Assembly: GCA_948466255.1 (NCBI GenBank)
Contig: CAOJZV010000003.1
Location: 9,722-73,721, forward strand
Origin: an uncultured Bacillota bacterium
GTDB lineage: Bacteria > Bacillota_I > Bacilli_A > RF39 > UBA660
Length of the DNA stretch: 64,000 bases
Reading direction: 5' to 3'
Shown: in pieces, positions 20,902-30,987 of the stretch
Layout: each line of letters begins with the position of its first letter
Position numbering within the stretch: position 1 is the stretch's first letter
The notes under the pieces: generated by a model
Told to the model about the DNA's origin: nothing
Database searches by the model: none
The model's input: the letters and a program-made list of their open reading frames with translations, nothing else
Program-made: the position numbers and the translations under genes

Positions 20902-21415
20902 AGTATCTTCCTTTACAAAATAAATTTTTATCTCTTAATTTTTTCATTTTGCGATTTTCTATACGGCGAATTAATTTTGAAAATATAAAGTTTTTATTAG
21001 AAGAAGGATTAATTAAAATAGTTGTAATACCTATTTTATTTCCTCCTACTATATCTGTTAAAAGTTGATCACCAATAATTGCAATTTCATTTAAACTAAA
21101 ATTGCTGTTATTAACTAGCTTTTTTAACTTACCTTGCATTGGCTTGCATGCAAAATATACACATTCTACATTTAATATTTCACTAATTTTTTTAACACGT
21201 TTTTTGGGGCTATTTGAAAAAATAATTACTTTAAATCCTTTTTGTTTTAAACTAATTATTAGTTCCTTGGTTTTATCAGAAAGTTCATCTTGCCCTACTG
21301 GAACTAAAGTATTATCTAAATCAAATAAAAGTAATTTAATTCCTCTACTTAGTAGTTTTGAATAATCAAGGGTATAAATACTCTTCTGATATATATCTGG
21401 TATGTATTTTTCCAT
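20894..21415 (-). CDS. yqeG: YqeG-family HAD IIIA phosphatase
   Basis: DLDNTL, SN, KP, IGDQLLTDIVGGN; upstream of yqeH. Confidence 0.92.
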   Translation of the reverse strand: MEKYIPDIYQKSIYTLDYSKLLSRGIKLLLFDLDNTLVPVGQDELSDKTKELIISLKQKGFKVIIFSNSPKKRVKKISEILNVECVYFACKPMQGKLKKLVNNSNFSLNEIAIIGDQLLTDIVGGNKIGITTILINPSSNKNFIFSKLIRRIENRKMKKLRDKNLFCKGRYYD

Positions 21416-21503
21416 AATATCCCTCCGTTTATGTATATAATATCATAATTGTTGTATAGTGAGCAAGCGATTTTTACTTTATATAAAAGAAAAACTTGAT
21501 ATT

Positions 21504-22361
21504 TTATTTGATATCAAGTTTATTATTTTCTTCTAAATATCTTCCGCCTATATTATTTTCTTGTTTGACAGCTTTTAGTTTTGTTTCTTTTTCATAATAG
21601 TCTTTAGCAAGTTTAGAGATATTTCCTCCTCTTTTTGCGACACTTAAATTAGCTTCTAATCCTGTAGGCTTTTCTGTTTTTGCTATATCTCTTGTTGTTA
21701 ATTCACCTAAATCAGTTAACACTAATTCTATATCACTCATATTATCTCTTAATGATTCTTTTCTAATTCCTTTTAATTGTTTGTATTCTTTGGCTGTCAT
21801 CCCTGACCATGTTTTATAAATTTCGTTTGTTAACATAGCATATTCATAGTTTTCAGTTATGCCACCTTCTTTCCAAATATCGGTAAGCTTTTTTCTATTA
21901 AGTATGCCATTAACTCGTGATTTTATCCACTCATCTGAATAACCCTTTTTACGATAATATTCTATAGCTCTATTGATTGCTATTTCTGGATCGAATACTT
22001 CATCAATTCTTTCTTTACCTAAAGTAGCTAACCACATTTTAAAAGGCTCCGCTTTAGGTGAAGGAACTGATTCAATTAATCTTAAAATGCCCTGTGTATC
22101 TAATGTATCAGTTAAATAATATTTACCATCTTTTTGAGACTTCATTTTCAGTTGTCCGATATTTGCGGACAACTGGCTTCCTTCCTGTTCTAGCCTAGCT
22201 TTTAAATCATTCCAATACTTTCTTGGTCTTGGACTTTCTGTCAAAACACTTATGACATCGACAACAGAAAAATAATAATCCTCTTTTTCGGCATCCCAAA
22301 TACTTCTTATTTCACTACCTTCGAATAAATTTGTAATTGTTTGTAATTTGTTTTCTTGCAT
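21504..22361 (-). CDS. Bro-N / phage antirepressor-like protein
   Basis: IRSIWD....YYFSVVDV..VLT....RKYW..LK, RLIESVPSPKAEPFKMWLA..G.ERIDE..DPE. Confidence 0.85.
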   Translation of the reverse strand: MQENKLQTITNLFEGSEIRSIWDAEKEDYYFSVVDVISVLTESPRPRKYWNDLKARLEQEGSQLSANIGQLKMKSQKDGKYYLTDTLDTQGILRLIESVPSPKAEPFKMWLATLGKERIDEVFDPEIAINRAIEYYRKKGYSDEWIKSRVNGILNRKKLTDIWKEGGITENYEYAMLTNEIYKTWSGMTAKEYKQLKGIRKESLRDNMSDIELVLTDLGELTTRDIAKTEKPTGLEANLSVAKRGGNISKLAKDYYEKETKLKAVKQENNIGGRYLEENNKLDIK

Positions 22362-22505
22362 AAATTATTCCTCCCTTCGTTATTAATTATCAAGAAAAAG
22401 AAAAAGTACCTCCTTCCTTTATAGATTTGCCCTATACTTAAAATCAAAATAATATAAACTCACATTTCCCCGTACTAAGCGAGGTTAGGCCCTAATATCA
22501 ACTTA

Positions 22506-22535
22506 ATTATAACATTTGTTCGTGTATATAGTCAA
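22506..22535 (-). promoter_or_regulatory. SigA-type promoter with a LexA-like box in the spacer
   Basis: Minus strand TTGACT-18-TATAAT with extended TG. CGAACAAATGTTAT (22509-22522) compared with the Bacillota LexA box CGAACRNRYGTTYC. Confidence 0.6.
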
Positions 22536-22573
22536 TAACTTTTTGTTAATTATAAAAAACAAGCTGTGCTTGT

Positions 22574-23731
22574 TTATATTGTAATATCACCTGTTAAAAT
22601 ATCTTTTAAATATCTTAAGTAAAGCTCTCCTACATTGGCTTTTTTAACATCTTCTTTTATTGTTAAATCAATTGTTCTAATATGTTTGCCATTTTCTTTT
22701 ATATTTAGTTTCCCTACCACATCGCCTTTTTTAATTGGGGCATTTAAATTATTTAATTTTACTTCATAAGTAGCATTCCCTGTTTTTTCACTTTTCTTTT
22801 TTAGTACGGTTGCACTTTCTTTTGGCACTACTTCTATATATTTTTGTTTTGCTTTAGTAATTGCATATTTTCCTAATGACTGTTTATTTTTTAGTAGATC
22901 TTCTACTTTGTACTGGGCAAAGGAATAATCTAACATTTCACTAACTTCTTTATTTCTAGTTTTACTATCTGGCTCACCCATAACTACAGCAATAATTCGC
23001 ATACCATCTTTTTTTGCTGTAGCGGTTAAACAGTAACCGGCATCTTTTGTATATCCTGTTTTTAGCCCATCTACTCCATCGTAAAATCTTACTAATTTAT
23101 TTGTATTTACTAACCATATTTTTTTATCAGTATTTTCTCTTAAATAGTCTTCGTAAACTGATGTGAATTCTAATACTTTTTCATGTTTGACTAATTCTTT
23201 TGCAATTAATGACATGTCTCTTGCACTGGAGTAATGATTAGCGGCATCTAATCCATGTGGGGTTTTGAAATTAGTATTTTTTAAGTTTAATTCTTTAGCT
23301 CTTTTATTCATCATATCAACAAAGCCCGCTTCACTTCCGGCGATAGCTTCACCTAATGCGACTACAGCATCGTTTCCACTTGCAATGGCAACACCCTTAA
23401 ATAAATCTTTAACGGTCATTTTTTCGCCAGTTTCTAATAATATTTGACTACCACCCATTCCTGATGCATTTTCGCTTACTGTAATTTTTTGATCCCATTT
23501 TAATACTCCGTTTTCAATATTTTCAATAATTAAAAGCATACTCATCATTTTTGTCATACTAGCAGGTACTAGTTTTTCATCGGCATTTTTTTCAAATAAT
23601 ACTTTTCCTGTACTTGCTTCTATAATGATTGCAGATTTGGCACTTTCAGCTAATTTTAATTCTTCAGCTCTTACTGTAGTAATTGGCAAAATAAGTAAAA
23701 TGCTTAGTAATAATCCTAATAATTTTTTCAT
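22574..23731 (-). CDS. dacF: D-alanyl-D-alanine carboxypeptidase (peptidase S11)
   Basis: PASMTK, SGNDA, GLKTG; N-terminal signal; dacF-like sporulation context elsewhere in the window. Confidence 0.85.
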   Translation of the reverse strand: MKKLLGLLLSILLILPITTVRAEELKLAESAKSAIIIEASTGKVLFEKNADEKLVPASMTKMMSMLLIIENIENGVLKWDQKITVSENASGMGGSQILLETGEKMTVKDLFKGVAIASGNDAVVALGEAIAGSEAGFVDMMNKRAKELNLKNTNFKTPHGLDAANHYSSARDMSLIAKELVKHEKVLEFTSVYEDYLRENTDKKIWLVNTNKLVRFYDGVDGLKTGYTKDAGYCLTATAKKDGMRIIAVVMGEPDSKTRNKEVSEMLDYSFAQYKVEDLLKNKQSLGKYAITKAKQKYIEVVPKESATVLKKKSEKTGNATYEVKLNNLNAPIKKGDVVGKLNIKENGKHIRTIDLTIKEDVKKANVGELYLRYLKDILTGDITI

Positions 23732-23833
23732 AATCCACCTCTACTATAAAGTTATGTTATTTAGGCTTTTATATGATTTTTATTTGTATAGGTTTTATGT
23801 TAGAATATAATTATAAAGAAATGGAGTGATTTT

Positions 23834-24397
23834 ATGGATACTTTTCCAACCATCAATACTAAAAATTTAATTTTAAGAAGATTAAAAAATGAAGACTTTG
23901 AAAATTATTATGAATATATTTCTGATGATAAAGTCAAAAAACAATTTAATTTTAATTATAATGAAGAAGAATGCAAAGCCAGATTAGAAAATTTGGTTAA
24001 ACGTTATGATGAAGAAATAAAACCTTTTGTTTGGGGTATAGCTTTAAAAACTACTAACGAACTTGTTGGAATAATATCAGTAGATAGTTATTCTATGGTA
24101 AATAAAAAATTTAGTCTTGCTTGTGGAATTACAGAAAAATATAGAGGTCATGGTTATGCTTATGAAGCAACATATCAACTTATTGATTATATGTTTGAGA
24201 ATGTTGGTATGCATCGTTTAGAAATTGCCCATATAATAGGCAATATTGCCTCACAAAAGACAATTGAAAAATTAGGAGCTAAATTTGAAGGGGTTGCTAG
24301 GGAATCAAAGTTTTATATTGATGGCTTTGAGGATAGAAAAATATATAGTATTTTAAAACCAGAATGGGAAGAAAATAAAAAGGATATGATAGGATAA
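23834..24397 (+). CDS. RimJ/RimL-type GNAT acetyltransferase
   Basis: TKNLILRR, YRGHGYAYEA, NIASQKTIEKLGAKFEG. Confidence 0.85.
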   Translation: MDTFPTINTKNLILRRLKNEDFENYYEYISDDKVKKQFNFNYNEEECKARLENLVKRYDEEIKPFVWGIALKTTNELVGIISVDSYSMVNKKFSLACGITEKYRGHGYAYEATYQLIDYMFENVGMHRLEIAHIIGNIASQKTIEKLGAKFEGVARESKFYIDGFEDRKIYSILKPEWEENKKDMIG

Positions 24398-25206
24398 TGA
24401 ACTATAATGTTTCAGCAATTAGTAAAGTTAAAAACAAATATATCAAAAAGAAAATCTATAATTTAAATAAATTTTTATTAAAACAAAATGAAAAAGTTGC
24501 TTATGCGTATAGAAATTTAGAAACTGATGATATGTTTTCATTTAATCCTGACGTTTGTTTTTATAGTGCAAGTGCGATAAAATTTCTGGTATGTTTATAT
24601 ATTTATAAACAAGCCGAGGAAAATCCAACTTTATTAGATAAAAAATTAAACTTAGTAGAAGAAGATTTTAAAGGTGGTAGCGGTGTTTTAAGTGATGATA
24701 AATCTGTAACTGAATATACAATAAGAGAATTAGTTTATTATGCACTTAAAGAAAGTGATAATACAGCTTATATAAAATTAGTAAATTTTGTTACTCCTGA
24801 AAAATTAAAGGAATTTGGTTTATCATTAGGAGCGAATCACACTTTGGAAGGTAAAGATTTATTTGGAATAACTAACGCGTATGATATGGGAGTATATTTA
24901 ACCCATTTATACAATTATTTAAATACAAATACTAAACTTAGTAATGAATTAAAAGAAAGCATGCTAAACCCATCATATCAAATAATTAAATCAAAAAGTA
25001 TCGACAATAATTTATTTGTACGAAAATATGGAAGTTTTGGAATTGCTTTTCATGAGGTCGGAATTGTATATGATGAAAATCCATATATTCTAATTATTCT
25101 AACGCAAAAAAATGAACTTAAAGAAAAGATTAATTATATTAATAAAGTAGCTAAGAAAATTAACAAAATACACAAACTAATTAAAAATCGAAGTAGAAAA
25201 GGATGA
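24397..25206 (+). CDS. Class A beta-lactamase-like serine hydrolase, no signal peptide
   Basis: SASAIK (SxxK), ESDN, RKYG (KTG-like), HEVGIV...PYILIILT. Confidence 0.75.
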   Translation: MNYNVSAISKVKNKYIKKKIYNLNKFLLKQNEKVAYAYRNLETDDMFSFNPDVCFYSASAIKFLVCLYIYKQAEENPTLLDKKLNLVEEDFKGGSGVLSDDKSVTEYTIRELVYYALKESDNTAYIKLVNFVTPEKLKEFGLSLGANHTLEGKDLFGITNAYDMGVYLTHLYNYLNTNTKLSNELKESMLNPSYQIIKSKSIDNNLFVRKYGSFGIAFHEVGIVYDENPYILIILTQKNELKEKINYINKVAKKINKIHKLIKNRSRKG

Positions 25207-25210
25207 TTTT

Positions 25211-25939
25211 ATGATTAAAATTGGAATTTTACCAACAACACAAATTAACGAAAAAGATAACCCATATAATGATGTATATATGTTTTATAATATTGTCACA
25301 AAACGGATTTACGAATCTGGCGCCATTCCGGTTGGAATTATTTTGAATGACGGAAAATTAGATATAAATAGTTTAGGAATGTGCGATGCTTTGCTTATAG
25401 GTGGTGGTAAAAAAATTGAACCATACTTTTTAGAGGCAATAAATTATGCCATTGAAAATAATGTTCCACTTCTTGGTATATGTTTAGGTATGCAATCAAT
25501 TGGAGTATTTTCATATTTAGAAACATTATTAAAAGAACAAAATATGGATTTATCTACTCAAAATGTTTATGCTATGTTTGATAAAATTAAGGCAGAAAAT
25601 ATTCAGTTCTTAAGACCAGTAGATAATCATTATAATGTAAAAATTACTAGAAGTAATTACCCAGAAAATATGCATAAAGTGAAAATAAACAGAGATTCAA
25701 AGTTATATGGAATATATAATGAAGATGAAATTGATATTGTTAGTATGCATAGGTATGCAGTAAATAAATATGGTGAAAATGTTTTAGTAAACTGTTTATC
25801 TGAGGATATAATTGAGGGTTTAGAATATAAAGATAATGACTTATTTATTTTAGGTGTACAGTGGCATCCAGAGCTTGAAGAAAGGCATAATAAATTATTT
25901 AAAACTTTAGTCAAAGAGGCTAAAAGGAGAAAAAAATGA
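25211..25939 (+). CDS. Peptidase C26 (gamma-glutamyl hydrolase, PuuD-like)
   Basis: DALLIGGG, PLLGICLGMQ, S.H, GVQWHPE. Confidence 0.85.
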   Translation: MIKIGILPTTQINEKDNPYNDVYMFYNIVTKRIYESGAIPVGIILNDGKLDINSLGMCDALLIGGGKKIEPYFLEAINYAIENNVPLLGICLGMQSIGVFSYLETLLKEQNMDLSTQNVYAMFDKIKAENIQFLRPVDNHYNVKITRSNYPENMHKVKINRDSKLYGIYNEDEIDIVSMHRYAVNKYGENVLVNCLSEDIIEGLEYKDNDLFILGVQWHPELEERHNKLFKTLVKEAKRRKK

Positions 25940-26541
25940 AATATAATATTTTAGTTAACAAAGAAAATCCAATTGATAAAAATTTTAAAGTAAATAATTT
26001 GGTATCTGTTGGAAAAAATTATAGTGGTGAAAATGACTGTTATACCGATGAAGATATTTTATTAGAGGAAGAAGCTGCCTTAGCATTAAAAGAAATGCTT
26101 GATGCTGCAAATAAGGTAGATTCTAATATTACAGTAATCCCTGATTCTGGTTATAGAAGTTATGAGTATCAAGTCCGCGTTTTAAACTACTATATTGAAA
26201 AAGAAGGAGAAGAAAAAGCAAGACATAGGGTTGCAATACCTGGAACTTCTGAACATCATACTGGTTTGGCTATTGATGTAGCTATCTTTGATAATGGCAA
26301 ATATTTAGATGATGTCACAGGTAATGAAGGGCCTATTAAATTTCTTCATGAAAATTGTTATAAATATGGGTTTATTTTAAGGTATCCTAAGGGTAAAGAA
26401 GATATTACAGGTGTTATGAATGAACCATGGCATTTTAGATATGTAGGTAAAGATCTTGCTGAAGAAATTATGCTTAATAATTTAACTTTAGAGGAATGGC
26501 ATGAAAGAAATAAAAATTTAGATACTGGAAAAAATTTATAA
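25936..26541 (+). CDS. M15B D,D-carboxypeptidase (VanY/LdcB-like)
   Basis: SGYRSYEYQ, PGTSEHHTGLAID, YGFILRYP, EPWHFRYVG. Confidence 0.88.
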   Translation: MKYNILVNKENPIDKNFKVNNLVSVGKNYSGENDCYTDEDILLEEEAALALKEMLDAANKVDSNITVIPDSGYRSYEYQVRVLNYYIEKEGEEKARHRVAIPGTSEHHTGLAIDVAIFDNGKYLDDVTGNEGPIKFLHENCYKYGFILRYPKGKEDITGVMNEPWHFRYVGKDLAEEIMLNNLTLEEWHERNKNLDTGKNL

Positions 26542-26579
26542 TAAAAATACTAGTTTTTTGCTAGTATTTTTTTTATGGC

Positions 26580-28436
26580 TTATTTTACTAATGATAAATA
26601 TGTATCGATTGCATACTTTGTTATATTACTTCTATTGATAATACCTACCATTTTTCCATTGTCCATTACTGGAGCTTTTTTAAGATGTTTATCGTTTAAG
26701 ATACGACATACATCTTCTACGCTTGTATTTATATCAATAGTAATGGTTTTCTTTTTAGCAACATCTTTTGCTTTACTCTTCATTAAGTTAGCTAATTTTT
26801 CATCAAAGTTGTTTTCTTCATTTACTATAGCAAATGAGTATGCATTAACAAATAATGGATGTGATTTTGATAGGTATCTCATAATATCTCCATCACTAAT
26901 GAAACCTGTTAGATTACCTTTTTTATCTACTACTGGAACTCCACTAATTTTCTTATCAGAAATTGTTTTTAATACAGTTAATAAATCGTCTGTTTCTTTA
27001 ACGGTAAAGACATCTTTTTTCATTATAGTACTTAATGTAATATGTTTTACTTTAGCTGCACTCTTTTCATAACGTTTAACTGATAATGAAATGATAAATC
27101 CAATAATTGATATTAACGCAGCTACTAAAAGAGTAATTAGAAATGCTGTATGAAGTCCTTCTACTTCTGAAGCACCACTAGCTATACTAACACTTATCAT
27201 TAAGGAATATACACCAGTGAATAATGATGATCCTGCACATCCAGCAATTTGGAAACCTGTACTCATCATTGTTACACCATGTGGATTTTGCTCACGGCTA
27301 AGGTGTGATAATGCAAAACTTTGAACTGGTCCAATTATAAATGCTGAGCCTATTATTACAGGCACATATAAAATTCCTATTAATAATAATGAATTTATAT
27401 TGTTTGTTAGTCCTAGTAAAATTATAAAGATAAACATTAATATAAATCCAAATGGTAAAATTTGTTTAGCGCCTTTTTTATCATAAATTCTTCCGGCAAT
27501 TGGGGCAATTATGCAAGAACAAATTATAGCTGGGAATAATGTTAATGATGCAGTAAATGCTGGAACGTCTAATGCATTTTGAATAAATAATGGCATGATA
27601 ATATTCATAGCAAATACTATCATTAATGCTAGCATATTTAAAACTATTCCGGTTTTAAATTCTTTTACTTTTAATGGTTCTAAACTAATTAATGGTTCTT
27701 TTATTTTCTTTTGTCTATTTACAAATAAGATTAAAAATATTATTCCTATTATTATTCCTAGTAAGGCAATTATTAAGTTACCTTGAAATATAGTTGAGAT
27801 TCCATATAAAAGTCCAATTAAAGTTAAGCTTATAAAGATAACTGATATGATATCTAGTTTTGGATTACCTAATCTTTCTGATTTACCTAGGATAATAGAT
27901 GCCAAGATAAATAAGATACATGTTAAGGCTCCAAATACCCAGAATAATACATGCCAGCTTCTAATACTAAGTAAGAATCCGGCTCCAATGATACTTAATG
28001 ATGGACCTAATGTTGTCATGGCTCCCATAACTCCCATATAAGTTCCTATTTTTTCTTTTGGAACAACACTTAAGGTTAAATTCATTCCGATTGGAATTAA
28101 CATTCCTGTTCCTAATGATTGAATTATACGTCCTGTTAGTAAGACTTCAAAGTTTGGAGCAAGCGCACAAATTAAACTACCAATTATTAATAAGCCTACT
28201 GTAAACAAGAATAATGGTTTTGTTTTGAACTTCCTAAATAAGAATGCAGAAACTGGTACCATTATAGCAGCACCTAACATATAGGCTGTTGTAAGCCATT
28301 GTACGGTCCCTACTGATACACCAAAGTCCTTCATAATTGGTGTGAATGCAATATTTAAAAAGGTTTCATTAAATGTTGCTAAAAAAGATGCAAATGCTGT
28401 TACTACCAATATTAATATTGGTTTTTTTGTTTTCAT
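26580..28436 (-). CDS. DHA2/LmrB-like MFS efflux transporter fused to C-terminal CBS domains
   Basis: FNETFLNIAFTPIM.DF, VQWLTTAYML, GRIIQSLG, 14 TM segments, tandem CBS (ISGVPVVD, APVMDNGKMVGII). Confidence 0.88.
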   Translation of the reverse strand: MKTKKPILILVVTAFASFLATFNETFLNIAFTPIMKDFGVSVGTVQWLTTAYMLGAAIMVPVSAFLFRKFKTKPLFLFTVGLLIIGSLICALAPNFEVLLTGRIIQSLGTGMLIPIGMNLTLSVVPKEKIGTYMGVMGAMTTLGPSLSIIGAGFLLSIRSWHVLFWVFGALTCILFILASIILGKSERLGNPKLDIISVIFISLTLIGLLYGISTIFQGNLIIALLGIIIGIIFLILFVNRQKKIKEPLISLEPLKVKEFKTGIVLNMLALMIVFAMNIIMPLFIQNALDVPAFTASLTLFPAIICSCIIAPIAGRIYDKKGAKQILPFGFILMFIFIILLGLTNNINSLLLIGILYVPVIIGSAFIIGPVQSFALSHLSREQNPHGVTMMSTGFQIAGCAGSSLFTGVYSLMISVSIASGASEVEGLHTAFLITLLVAALISIIGFIISLSVKRYEKSAAKVKHITLSTIMKKDVFTVKETDDLLTVLKTISDKKISGVPVVDKKGNLTGFISDGDIMRYLSKSHPLFVNAYSFAIVNEENNFDEKLANLMKSKAKDVAKKKTITIDINTSVEDVCRILNDKHLKKAPVMDNGKMVGIINRSNITKYAIDTYLSLVK

Positions 28437-28462
28437 AAAATCTTCCTTTCTACTTATAAAAG

Positions 28463-28588
28463 GCCAAAAAAAGACACGGATAGATAGCTCTTTCCGTGAT
28501 CAGATTTACGTGTATATGTATACACCACTTGTTTCCTGGGCTTTTATTTACAAAATAAATTTTAACATATTTTTTTATTTTTAGTCAA
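28463..28588 (-). promoter_or_regulatory. Promoter and structured 5' leader with a terminator (candidate attenuator)
   Basis: TTGACT-18-TAAAAT (28583-28588, 28559-28564). The leader has a GTGTATA/TATACAC hairpin and a CACGGA/TCCGTG hairpin followed by a T-run, upstream of the RBS. Confidence 0.55.
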
Positions 28589-28685
28589 GTAGTTTTTTTT
28601 ATTTTTAAGTAAAATATCATAGGTAATATTCTCCAAAGACTTACATTTTTTGCGAAGGTGTAAATAAAAAAGAATAGATTTTTAT

Positions 28686-30434
28686 CTATTCTAATATAGC
28701 TTTTATTCTTCTAACGCCTGCACTACTTGCTTCTTCTTTTTTAATTTTAAAATGTCCTAATTCATTTGTATTTTTAACGTGTGGTCCACCACAAAGTTCT
28801 TTTGAAATATTTCCGATTGAATAAACTGTTACTTCATCTGGATATTTTTCTATGAACATGCATTCAGCACCTGATTTTAAAGCTTCTTCTTTATTCATAA
28901 CTTCATGAGTAACTTCTAATCCTTCTTCTATCCATTTGTTTACTAAATCTTCGGTTTGTTTCTTTTCTTCATCGGTTAATTTATGATCACATGAGAAATC
29001 AAATCTCATTCTTTCTTCGGTTATGTTACTTCCTTTTTGATGAACATCTTTATTTACTACTTCTTTTAAAGCGGCATTTAATAAATGTGTTGCTGTGTGA
29101 TATTTTGTTTCAATTTCACCATTTCCTGAAAGTCCACCTTTAAATTTGCCTGCTGAAGCTGTTCTTGATTTTTCTTGATGTTCTTTAAATTTTTGTTTAA
29201 ACCCTTCGATATCGACTTTTAGGTTATGTTCTTTTGCAAGTTCTTCTGTAAGTTCAATTGGAAATCCGTATGTATCATAAAGTTTAAAAGCTAAATCTTT
29301 ATTAATTGTATCATTATTTAAATGATTTTTTATTTTTTCAAATTCTCTTAGTCCCTTCTCTAAAGTTCTACCAAATTTTGCTTTTTCATTTGTAAGCACT
29401 TCTAATACAACATCATGATTGTCTTGTATTTCTTTATAATATTTTTTATATTTTTCCATGATAACTTCAGCTATTTGTAAATCCCAATCACTATTTATAT
29501 CAATATTTAATTGTTTAGCATGTCTAATGGCTCTTCTAATTAATCTTCTTAAAATATAACCTTGATCAGTATTGCTTGGTTTTACCCCCGCTGGATCAGC
29601 TGAAATAAATACAGCTGTTCTAATATGATCAGCAATTATTCTCATTGATTTTTCATTACCTTCATATGGTAGGTTTGTTATTTCTTCTATTTTTGTGATT
29701 ACATCTTTCCATACCGAACTTTGATAGTTGTCGTTAATACCTTCTAAAACGGCAGCTACTCTTTCTAGCCCCATTCCTGTATCAACATTTTTTTGTGGAA
29801 GTTCTGTAATGTTTCCGTTTTCATCTTTATAGAACTCCATAAATACGTTATTCCAAATTTCAACCCATCTATCGTCTTCTGGATCAAATTTTTCTGGAAT
29901 TTCATCATTACTTCTAAAATAAAATATTTCAGTATCGCTGCCACATGGGCCTGCTTCACCTGCAATCCAAAAATTGTCTTCGGTTGTATAGGCTATTCTA
30001 TCTTCCTTAATTCCAAGTTCTTTCCATTTGTTAGCAGAAACTTCATCTCTTGGAATTTTATCATCACCAGCAAATACGGTTACAGCTAATCTTTCTACTG
30101 GTATATTTAATGTTTTTGTTAAAAATTCAAAACTAAATGTAATACTTTCTTCTTTAAAATAATCTCCTAATGACCAGTTCCCAAGCATTTCAAAAAATGT
30201 GTGGTGAGTTTTATCTCCAATTTCGTCTAAATCGTTTGTTCTTATACATTTTTGATAATCACAAAGTCTTGTACCATATGGATGTTTTTCTCCCATTAGA
30301 TATGGAACTAATGGCTGCATTCCAGCTGTGTTAAATAGTACGGTTGGGTCATTTTCTGGTACGACTGGAGCACTTGGTATTTGTTTGTGGTCTTTACTAA
30401 TAAAATAATCTATATATAAATCTTTAATATTCAT
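28686..30434 (-). CDS. alaS: Alanine--tRNA ligase (short form without C-Ala domain)
   Basis: LFNTAGMQP, HHTFFEMLGNWSLGDYFK, GPCG, DTGMGLER, HTATHLL, ELCGGPHV. Confidence 0.95.
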   Translation of the reverse strand: MNIKDLYIDYFISKDHKQIPSAPVVPENDPTVLFNTAGMQPLVPYLMGEKHPYGTRLCDYQKCIRTNDLDEIGDKTHHTFFEMLGNWSLGDYFKEESITFSFEFLTKTLNIPVERLAVTVFAGDDKIPRDEVSANKWKELGIKEDRIAYTTEDNFWIAGEAGPCGSDTEIFYFRSNDEIPEKFDPEDDRWVEIWNNVFMEFYKDENGNITELPQKNVDTGMGLERVAAVLEGINDNYQSSVWKDVITKIEEITNLPYEGNEKSMRIIADHIRTAVFISADPAGVKPSNTDQGYILRRLIRRAIRHAKQLNIDINSDWDLQIAEVIMEKYKKYYKEIQDNHDVVLEVLTNEKAKFGRTLEKGLREFEKIKNHLNNDTINKDLAFKLYDTYGFPIELTEELAKEHNLKVDIEGFKQKFKEHQEKSRTASAGKFKGGLSGNGEIETKYHTATHLLNAALKEVVNKDVHQKGSNITEERMRFDFSCDHKLTDEEKKQTEDLVNKWIEEGLEVTHEVMNKEEALKSGAECMFIEKYPDEVTVYSIGNISKELCGGPHVKNTNELGHFKIKKEEASSAGVRRIKAILE

Positions 30435-30976
30435 TATTCCACCTCTTCTAATATGTCTATTACTTTCTTTTCTAAGTCTTTTATATTACCATCATTGGTA
30501 ATTACATAATCATAATTGTTGTAGTCATCTAAAGCATGTTCTGTAATATGTTCTTTTTGTTTTTCAGTTAATTCGTTTGTAAAGTTTGGTCTTTCAACTT
30601 TTATTACTTTAACATTTTTAAATAGTTTTTTGGGCACTTCTAATTCATTTGGAAATCTTGCGCCGGATATTATTATAACATCAAAAAAATATTTGTAAAC
30701 AGTTATATCCTCACATAAACGATTTATAAAAAAATCTTTATTTATTTTGTTTCTAACAATATCGGTTCCTAATATTTGTAAAAGTTCTCTAGGTTTTGTT
30801 TCATCGCTACCATCCCAATTAGTTATTTTCATGGCATAATTTTTTATATAATCTGTAAAACCTAGATTAACTACTGATTGTTTTTTATTTTCGTAGTATT
30901 TTGTAATTATTTCCATAACTGTATCTTTTCCACTTCTCGCTTTTCCAGCCAAAAGATATATTTTTGTTTCTTTCAT
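30434..30976 (-). CDS. P-loop kinase, dNMP-kinase/phosphomevalonate-kinase-like
   Basis: GKARSGKDT, FTDYIK, RELLQILGTD, IISGARFPNE, H.TE..LD; GGAGG RBS before MKETK. Confidence 0.75.
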   Translation of the reverse strand: MKETKIYLLAGKARSGKDTVMEIITKYYENKKQSVVNLGFTDYIKNYAMKITNWDGSDETKPRELLQILGTDIVRNKINKDFFINRLCEDITVYKYFFDVIIISGARFPNELEVPKKLFKNVKVIKVERPNFTNELTEKQKEHITEHALDDYNNYDYVITNDGNIKDLEKKVIDILEEVE

Positions 30977-30987
30977 TTTGTCCCTCC

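Noticed and set aside
6211-22361. Prophage, suggested by ORF6N and Bro-N antirepressor-like genes
   Set aside because: They are solo genes among core genes, with no integrase, terminase, capsid or replication genes.
24397-26541. Bona fide beta-lactam or vancomycin resistance cluster
   Set aside because: No signal peptide or clear Glu166 omega-loop in the SxxK protein, and no vanA/B/H/X/RS genes; family membership alone does not show resistance.
28535-28550. AAAAGCCCAGGA resembling the 3' tail of ykkC/guanidine-I riboswitches
   Set aside because: It lies at the very 5' end of the predicted transcript and the rest of the aptamer is absent.
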